Shown here in pieces: positions 10,480-17,002 of a stretch of DNA of 17,516 nucleotides (position 1 is its first letter; the number at the start of each line of letters is the position of its first letter). The DNA lies in contig JBFWVI010000054.1 of assembly GCA_050246815.1 (NCBI GenBank), positions 1 through 17,516 on the forward strand, in the 5' to 3' direction. This stretch comes from Bdellovibrionales bacterium (GTDB lineage: Bacteria > Bdellovibrionota > Bdellovibrionia > Bdellovibrionales > UBA1609). The notes beneath the pieces are model-generated. The model saw only the letters and a list, made by a program, of their open reading frames with translations. It made no database searches and had not been told where the DNA came from. The position numbers and the translations under genes were made by a program.

Positions 10480-11034
10480 ATGCGCATCTACACCAAAAAA
10501 GGCGATAAAGGACAATCCTCTTTGTTCGGCGGCAATCCCGTTTCAAAAGCTGATCCACGCCTAGACGCCTATGGAACTTTGGACGAGCTTAATGCTGTCT
10601 TAGGCGCCGCGCGCGCAAAACTTCAGTGCACAAAGCCGCTGTCACAGGATTTAGACCAAGATCTGCTTCGCATCCAAAATTATTTATTCACTTTAGGCTC
10701 CCACTTAGCCGTTGCCGATGAGTCCATGAGAAGCCATTTGCCCCAACTCGACCCTATGCAAACCACTCACCTAGAAAAACGAATTGACCTCATGGAAACC
10801 GAACTCACTCCCCTAAAAAACTTTATTTTGCCAGGCGGAACTTCGTTAGCGGCATCGCTGCACTTGGCCCGCACCGTGACCCGCCGCGCGGAACGTTCAG
10901 TGGTGGCCCTGACCAGCCCCGTAGATCCCGAGATCATCGTTTATTTGAATCGTTTAAGTGATTTTTTATTCGTGGCCGCCAGGCATTCCAATCACGCCGA
11001 AGGCAAACCCGACATCCCGTGGGAGAAGCCTTAA
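10480..11034 (+). CDS. pduO: ATP:cob(I)alamin adenosyltransferase, PduO/MMAB type
   Basis: IYTKKGDKG, AYGTLDELN, FILPGG, LHLARTVTRRAER and YLNRLSDFLFVAAR motifs. ATG 10480 (MRIYTK) is preferred; 10468 and 10471 are alternatives. Confidence 0.92.
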   Translation: MRIYTKKGDKGQSSLFGGNPVSKADPRLDAYGTLDELNAVLGAARAKLQCTKPLSQDLDQDLLRIQNYLFTLGSHLAVADESMRSHLPQLDPMQTTHLEKRIDLMETELTPLKNFILPGGTSLAASLHLARTVTRRAERSVVALTSPVDPEIIVYLNRLSDFLFVAARHSNHAEGKPDIPWEKP

Positions 11035-11037
11035 CGC

Positions 11038-12144
11038 ATGCGCATCGTCAAAGCGGACTTAAGCGACAATGATCGTCTGTGTGAGTTTTTTAATCAGACA
11101 ATTCTTCCCGGCCACGTCGATTTGCGTTTAGAGCGGGAAGATTTTTTTCTCCCTTATCGACTGCAAAGTGATGACCATGCCACCTACTTGCTTTTGAACC
11201 AAGAAGAGCAGGTGGAGGCCATGGCCACTCTGGTGTTTCGCCCCGGCTATCTTGGCGGCCAACGCCAAACGATCGGCTATGCAACAGATTTGCGCGTTTC
11301 CAATTCACGACGCGCTATTTTAAGTTGGGCGGAGCACTTTTTGCCCGTGCTTGAGGCCGAAAAATCCGCACGACAATGCAATTCGGTTTTCACCGTGGTC
11401 GCACAACTTCAGCGGCAGGCTTACAACGCGTTTATACGCCCGCGCCTCACCCGCCGCCCACTGCCTCGTTATCATTTGTTCCGCTCTTTTCGCATGGTCA
11501 GCGTTCACGGCATTATGCCTTGGGCCGCCAAGCCCTTAAGCACGATATTTTTACGTCAAGGCACGGATTCTGATCTTGAGATGATCGCAAGCTATCTGGC
11601 CGGCCGTCATCGCCGCGGGGTCTTGCATTTTACTTCCGATATCGAAGAAGTGCTACAAAGCCTCAAACGCTGGCCGGGACTTCGCCCCAGCGATTTTATT
11701 CTGGCTCTAGATTTTCATCGACGTCTGGTGGGTTGCGTGGCTCCATGGGACTCTGATCATTTGCAAAAAACTTTTGCCGTGAATTATCACCGGCGCGCCA
11801 AGGTGCTATACGATTCGCTTCAAGCCTTGGCTTTATTTCGCCTCGGCAAACGCCTGCCTAAGGCCGGGCGAGCCGTGCATTTTAGCTATCTGACACACTT
11901 TTGCGCTGACAATCCGGATATTTTTTATTCTTTGTTGCATGCGGGATTTCGCACTTCACCCAATCAATTCGTGATTTACCCTCATTTCGAGGGGGACCTG
12001 CCGTTCACGCCCCCACGCGGCATGATCACCGCTTCTTTACGCGCGGGGCTTTACTGCATTCAAGATCCAAATCAGCTGTCGCCTGATTTTTTGAATTGGT
12101 CGCGGCGGGCAACCCCGCCGGAATTTGAGCTGCCGTTTCTTTAA
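11038..12144 (+). CDS. Hypothetical protein, possibly tandem GNAT-like acyltransferase fold
   Basis: Long ORF starting 3 nt after the pduO stop. The MRIVKA..SD start, YLL...EQVEAMATL and IGYATDLRV segments, and a second LRQGT.SD...LVGCVAPW segment resemble GNAT topology (by eye). Confidence 0.55.
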   Translation: MRIVKADLSDNDRLCEFFNQTILPGHVDLRLEREDFFLPYRLQSDDHATYLLLNQEEQVEAMATLVFRPGYLGGQRQTIGYATDLRVSNSRRAILSWAEHFLPVLEAEKSARQCNSVFTVVAQLQRQAYNAFIRPRLTRRPLPRYHLFRSFRMVSVHGIMPWAAKPLSTIFLRQGTDSDLEMIASYLAGRHRRGVLHFTSDIEEVLQSLKRWPGLRPSDFILALDFHRRLVGCVAPWDSDHLQKTFAVNYHRRAKVLYDSLQALALFRLGKRLPKAGRAVHFSYLTHFCADNPDIFYSLLHAGFRTSPNQFVIYPHFEGDLPFTPPRGMITASLRAGLYCIQDPNQLSPDFLNWSRRATPPEFELPFL

Positions 12145-12151
12145 ACTTTGC

Positions 12152-12853
12152 CTACTGAACTGCGGCCTGGCGCAAATCCTCGCGCTCGGACCAGAACCAG
12201 CTCAAAAGCGGATCCAAACTGACGGCATCGACAACTTCAATGTGATTCGCACCGATTTGCTTCAACTGCGACTCCACATTGCTGTGCCCCGGGCCAATCA
12301 CAAGCAGGCGTTTGACGTCTTTGTGATCAATCAAGCTTTTTAAAACTTTGCGGAAGTCCATTTCGTCTTCCATCAAGGCTTCAAAACCGTGCTCGGCTTT
12401 GTGCATTAAACTGAATTCCGCCAATGAAATTCCGGCAAGAATCGGCAGTCCTCCAGCATGCAAAGTCAGCGTGGGCGTCTGCACTTTACCCAAGGCGTGA
12501 CTTTCACGCACCATTTCGTCAAAAGTTTGCTGACGTGCGGCCACCTTCACCGGCGCGTCCCCATTACTGAGGCCGATCAGGTAGCGCGGCAGTTCGTGAT
12601 GTTTCAAGAAACGATCGAGCAGCCCGGCCTGAACCACAGCAGTGGCCAGATTTTTTAACCGCAAGTTGCCTAAAAAACCTTGGTCATCCGAGCCAATAAA
12701 ATTGGCCAGATCCAGGCTGCGCCCAGAGACGCCGTCCCATATGGCCTGCGCTTCACGAACCCGCTGGATCACCTCTGGAATGCGAATCGCATTGCGACGC
12801 ACTTCCAAAAACTCCAGAGCATTAACTGTACTGAAAATAAGAGCGTCAAACAT
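12152..12853 (-). CDS. Degenerate/shortened FabD (malonyl-CoA:ACP transacylase)-like protein, 233 aa
   Basis: Start moved to ATG 12853, which follows GAGGAGGGGGAA. LATAVVQAGLLDRF...PRYLIGLSNGD..VKVAA and KDVKRLLVIGPG parallel FabD segments (GHSLGE elbow, ..E.GPG). Recognised by eye only. Confidence 0.55.
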   Translation of the reverse strand: MFDALIFSTVNALEFLEVRRNAIRIPEVIQRVREAQAIWDGVSGRSLDLANFIGSDDQGFLGNLRLKNLATAVVQAGLLDRFLKHHELPRYLIGLSNGDAPVKVAARQQTFDEMVRESHALGKVQTPTLTLHAGGLPILAGISLAEFSLMHKAEHGFEALMEDEMDFRKVLKSLIDHKDVKRLLVIGPGHSNVESQLKQIGANHIEVVDAVSLDPLLSWFWSEREDLRQAAVQ

Positions 12854-12938
12854 TTCCCCCTCCTCGGTTTGACGACCGACCATTTGACCCAAGCTGTGGT
12901 TTGAACCAGTAGCTTCCCCAGGGTCACACTTCCTTATG

Positions 12939-12954
12939 AGCAAATCCTGTGCCT
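12939..12954 (-). promoter_or_regulatory. Sigma54 (RpoN) -24/-12 promoter
   Basis: Minus strand AGGCACAGGATTTGCT = GG-N10-GC, close to the TGGCAC-N5-TTGC(A/T) consensus, 86 nt upstream of the FabD-like ATG. Confidence 0.65.
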
Positions 12955-13184
12955 TCAAGACTTTGCACACGCCAAGCAATTCAACCCGGTACCACGTTGC
13001 AACATCGACCAAGGTCCGTGGAAAATTTTAGCAGGTTGTTTGAAATTCACGGAAGTCATCCCGCATTAGCCTTCTAGTCGCCATAACCTGAACTAAGGTC
13101 GCGTTTTAAATCCTAACGCCACTCACAAAGTCTTTTGAATCACTCATGATCTTCGATTTTTTACTCCCCGGATCTAAGTCGCTT

Positions 13185-13193
13185 TGTTAGACT
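13185..13193 (+). promoter_or_regulatory. Extended -10 promoter candidate for gspCD (possibly leaderless)
   Basis: TGtTAGACT ends 8 nt before ATG 13202. No Shine-Dalgarno and no clear -35. Confidence 0.45.
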
Positions 13194-13201
13194 TTTGATC
13201 A

Positions 13202-14152
13202 ATGGCATTGTTTGGTCGCAATTCACGGATGATGACCTCCCTACGGGGAGGAGATGACCGACCTCCCCTTGAGGGAGTCTACATCTATGTTCTCGCCCTC
13301 TTGATTGGTTATATTTTGGCGGATTTGTCGCTGCTGAGTGCACGCCCCGCCATGCTACCGTCGAAAGCCTCGCCAGCCTATAATCCTGTGACCCAATCGC
13401 AACGCTTGTCCTCGCGCACCGACTACAATTCAGTTTCGGATCGCAACTTGTTCAATGCCGACGGCATGATTCCACCCGCACTTTCAAGCAAAGACAAGGG
13501 AGATCCGACGGACGACAACTCACCCGCGGTCCTGTCGCAACTGCCTTTGAAGCTTGAGGGAACCATCGTGCACTTGAACGCCAAGCGCTCGGTGGCCACC
13601 GTCACGGTGCAGGCCAAAAATGAAACCCAAGCTTTCATGTTGGATGATGAGATTGAAGGTTTAGCTAAGATCACCAAGATCGAGCGCCGCAAACTCACTT
13701 TCCGCAACCTGAACAACAATCGCCTTGAGTATATAGAAATCCCAAAAGATTCGGCCCTGACCTTTGGACTGCGTGGCCAAGAAACCGCCGGTGAAAGTAG
13801 CGAGATCAGTCGACAGGGTGACTTTGATTTTTCGTTACGTCGCGAAGACTTGAACAAGTATACCTCCGATCTTTCTTCGATCTTGAATCAGGCACGCATG
13901 GTGCCCAACATCGTGCCAGGCTCAGGCGGGCGCGTGGATGGATTCCGATTTGTCTCGATTCAACCCAACAGCATCTATGAAAAATTGGGTTTCAAAATGG
14001 GCGACGTGATCAAAGAGGTCAACGGGGAGCCGGTGAACTCTCCAACCAAAGCCATGGAACTTTACAACGCACTTCGCTCGGAAGCACGGATTAAGCTTTC
14101 GGTGGAGCGAGACGGACGAAACGAAGCTTTTACGTACGAAGTGAAAGAATAG
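13202..14152 (+). CDS. gspC: Type II secretion system protein GspC with PDZ domain
   Basis: N-terminal TM helix, RNLFN motif, LPLKLEGTIV HR domain, C-terminal PDZ (GFRFVSIQPNSIYEKLGFKMGDVIKEVNG). Directly upstream of the secretin. Confidence 0.9.
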   Translation: MALFGRNSRMMTSLRGGDDRPPLEGVYIYVLALLIGYILADLSLLSARPAMLPSKASPAYNPVTQSQRLSSRTDYNSVSDRNLFNADGMIPPALSSKDKGDPTDDNSPAVLSQLPLKLEGTIVHLNAKRSVATVTVQAKNETQAFMLDDEIEGLAKITKIERRKLTFRNLNNNRLEYIEIPKDSALTFGLRGQETAGESSEISRQGDFDFSLRREDLNKYTSDLSSILNQARMVPNIVPGSGGRVDGFRFVSIQPNSIYEKLGFKMGDVIKEVNGEPVNSPTKAMELYNALRSEARIKLSVERDGRNEAFTYEVKE

Positions 14153-14176
14153 ATAGACACCAAGGAAGGTGACATC

Positions 14177-16372
14177 ATGGAAAGACAACTCTTGCAATCC
14201 GCTGCAATGCTTTTGGCCGCGCTAGCCGCCGCCTGGGAGGCTCACGCTCAAGATCCCAAAGAGGGTTTGCGCGATCAAAAAGGCGGATTGGTCAGCGAAA
14301 AAACCAGGATGAAGTTTTCGGAAGCTCAGATGGAGGACATCACCAACGAAAATTTTCCTGACTTGATCGAAAGCTTCGACTACCCCAACGCCGACATTGC
14401 GGATGTGATCAAGGCCATTTCAGAATTAACCGGCAAGAACTTTATCGTCGATCCCGGCGTTCGAGGCAAGATCACGATTATCGCACCCTCGCAGATCACG
14501 GTGGCTGAAGCATACAAAGCTTTCTTGTCGGCTTTGGCGATCAACAGCATGACCGTCGTGCCTGGCGATGGATTCTTGAAAATCAAAACTGCCCGTAATG
14601 CCCAACGGGACTCGATCGAAACTTATTCAGGCGCTTACTACCCCACTTCGGATCTGATGATCACTCGGATCGTGAAACTAAAATACATCAGCGCCGACGA
14701 AGTGAATAAGAACTTACGGATCTTAGCCTCAACCAATGGCGAGATCATCTCTTATCCCCCCACCAACTCCCTGATTATTTCGGATTTCGGTTCGAACATC
14801 GACCGTATCATGAAAATTTTGGGCCAATTGGACATCCCGGGCTTTGAAGAGCAATTGGAAGTGATTCGCATCCGATACGCCAAAGCCAAAGACTTGGCCG
14901 ATTTGCTGGATCAGATCATCACCAAGGGTGAGGGCCGACAAGGCGGTAACACTTTTGGTGGAGTGCCACGCTTTCGTCGCGCCTCTTCGCCAGACGGCGC
15001 GTCCACCACCTCGGGCGCCGAAAACTATTCGCTTGTGCTTCCAGATGAACGCACCAACTCGATCATCGTGGTTGGAAACCAAGCAGGGATTGAAAAAATC
15101 CGCAAGCTTGTGGGCCGCCTCGACTTCCGCTTGCGGCCTGAAGAAGCCGGTGGCGTGTACGTTTATTATGTGCGCAACTCAGAGGCTGAAAAAATCGCCG
15201 ACACCTTAAATGGCATCGCAGGCGAGTCGAAAAAATCGGCCGAACAAGGCGTTGCGCCAAAAGCAACTCCCACTGGCGCGGCACCCGTGGGCCCCTCTGC
15301 CAACGTGATCTTCGGCGGCGATGTTAAAGTGACCGCCGATAAAATCACCAACAGTCTGATCGTCACCGCCAGCAAACCCGACTATGAAGTCGTCAAAAGC
15401 TTACTTGCTAAAATCGACATTCCACGCGACCAGGTTTACGTGAAAACCGTGATTATGGAGCTAGGCGCCACTGCCAAAACACAGTGGGGCATCAACTATT
15501 ACCAATTCGCCAAAGGCACCAACGGCATTGGCCGCGTCGGCTTTCGAAGTGGTGGATCTTCGTTGGATTCTTTACTTAATCCCGCCAATGACACCGGCGC
15601 GATTTTAGGCTTTGGTAGTGGCGGCGTGATTGATTTGAATATCGCGGGTGCCACCGTGAAAGTCACTTCGTTGGCAGGCATGCTCAACTTTTTCAAGGCC
15701 AATGCGCAGGGTAATGTGCTTTCGGAACCCACGATCATGGCTTTGGATAACGAAGAAGCCGAGATCGAAGTTGGTGAAAAGGTTCCCGTCGGCGTCACTC
15801 AAACGACGACAGGCTCCAGTGTTTCAAACTCAATTGAACGCCAACCCGCCACCATCAAGCTGACGCTGACCCCTTACATCAGCCCTGACTCCGATGCCGT
15901 GCAGTTAAAGCTCAAACAAGAAATCAACGACGTATCAAGTCGTCAGATTCAAGCTTCGGAATTAGCCAAAACTTCAACCGCACTTTCAACACGCTCGATC
16001 AAAACCCAAATTGTAGTCAATAGTGGCGACACTGCGGTGTTGGGCGGCTTGATGCAAGATAAAGACAGCGAAAGCGTCACCAAGGTTCCAATCTTAGGCG
16101 ATATCCCGATTCTTGGCTGGCTGTTCAAATCAAAAACCGTCGATAAAGAAAAACGCAATTTGCTGGTGTTCATCACCCCCAAAGTGGTGCGCAACGCAGA
16201 AGACGGCGCCAACATCCTGAACCAAAAACTCAACGAGCGCATCGAATTCATTCAGCGCAACCTCAACGGCCGCGACCCATACGGCGAAGCCATCGACAAT
16301 CTGCCTCGTCGCGCTGTCAAAGAAGAAAGCACCGACCAGTTCAACGACGAACCAGCTTCGGAGTCGTTTTAA
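14177..16372 (+). CDS. gspD: Type II secretion system secretin GspD
   Basis: N0 domain (ADIADVIKAISELTGKNFIVDPGVRGKITI), three N-repeats (TNSLII, DERTNSIIV, DKITNSLIV), secretin core (VTKVPILGDIPILGWLFK...NLLVFITPKVV). SD AAGGAAGGTG. Confidence 0.95.
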   Translation: MERQLLQSAAMLLAALAAAWEAHAQDPKEGLRDQKGGLVSEKTRMKFSEAQMEDITNENFPDLIESFDYPNADIADVIKAISELTGKNFIVDPGVRGKITIIAPSQITVAEAYKAFLSALAINSMTVVPGDGFLKIKTARNAQRDSIETYSGAYYPTSDLMITRIVKLKYISADEVNKNLRILASTNGEIISYPPTNSLIISDFGSNIDRIMKILGQLDIPGFEEQLEVIRIRYAKAKDLADLLDQIITKGEGRQGGNTFGGVPRFRRASSPDGASTTSGAENYSLVLPDERTNSIIVVGNQAGIEKIRKLVGRLDFRLRPEEAGGVYVYYVRNSEAEKIADTLNGIAGESKKSAEQGVAPKATPTGAAPVGPSANVIFGGDVKVTADKITNSLIVTASKPDYEVVKSLLAKIDIPRDQVYVKTVIMELGATAKTQWGINYYQFAKGTNGIGRVGFRSGGSSLDSLLNPANDTGAILGFGSGGVIDLNIAGATVKVTSLAGMLNFFKANAQGNVLSEPTIMALDNEEAEIEVGEKVPVGVTQTTTGSSVSNSIERQPATIKLTLTPYISPDSDAVQLKLKQEINDVSSRQIQASELAKTSTALSTRSIKTQIVVNSGDTAVLGGLMQDKDSESVTKVPILGDIPILGWLFKSKTVDKEKRNLLVFITPKVVRNAEDGANILNQKLNERIEFIQRNLNGRDPYGEAIDNLPRRAVKEESTDQFNDEPASESF

Positions 16373-16402
16373 GATTGTATTCTGCGACAATAAACTTTCA
16401 TG

Positions 16403-16429
16403 AAGAGGGGCTTTAGCCTCTCTTTTTTT
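16403..16429 (+). terminator. Rho-independent terminator after gspD
   Basis: AAGAGGGGC-TTTA-GCCTCTCTT stem-loop (one G-U pair) running into a T7 tract, 30 nt after the gspD stop. Confidence 0.8.
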
Positions 16430-16470
16430 GCCAACAAATGAGTGGGGTTGATTTTTCGCACGGGCTTTCC

Positions 16471-16704
16471 CTTTTCACAGCCGATCTTCGCGAGTTTGAC
16501 TTTCCTCCCTCCATGCGAGGGCTTTTCGTACCGCCGTCCTGGCGGTCCGAGCGAGATTTTGGGGGAGAAGATTTCTCTCTTTATTTTTTAGGAAAAGACC
16601 AATAAATCGGCCCCACAAATCTTAAGCCTTTTGCGCTGGATGCGCAAAAGGGAGCCCTCGCAGGGATGGAGAAGAAGCAAACTCGCAAAAATCGGCTGTA
16701 AAAG
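16471..16704. repeat. Long imperfect inverted repeat enclosing three sub-stems (REPIN/MITE-like element or structured RNA)
   Basis: 16471-16523 matches the reverse complement of 16653-16704 at 44 of 53 columns by manual alignment. Inner hairpins at 16530-16546 and 16627-16651; inner stem 16554-16564 with 16611-16622. Confidence 0.85.
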
Positions 16705-17002
16705 CAAAAAGCGCCGGGAACCAAGAAGCTGTTCAATTTTTTAAAAGCAAGCCATGACGTTGAAGTTTAAAATGGAACCGGCCGAGAAACTGCCTAAATA
16801 AGCCCAGATGGTGACGCCTAAGGCATAAGGTATGGGTAAGGGGTATGTGGGTAACCCATGCTCCAATTAAAAGGGCCAGGGTCTTTAGGGCTTGAGTGGC
16901 AAAAAACAATAAAGCAGAACCCACCAACTTAAAACCTAAAGCAAAAAATACATCCGCAATGTTCGTTTTTGACCTTTTTGCGGCTTTGTTAGACCTTCGG
17001 TC

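Noticed and set aside
12854..13012. 53-aa N-terminal extension of the 12152-13012 ORF
   Set aside because: The region holds a sigma54 site, a leader hairpin and a strong SD before ATG 12853, so it is more likely non-coding.
13423..16390. Antisense ORFs within gspC and gspD
   Set aside because: Shadow frames of strongly supported genes.
16430..17002. CRISPR array, tRNA or known riboswitch in the long intergenic region
   Set aside because: No regularly spaced direct repeats, no tRNA-sized cloverleaf with T/D-loop consensus, and no riboswitch consensus I can recognise.
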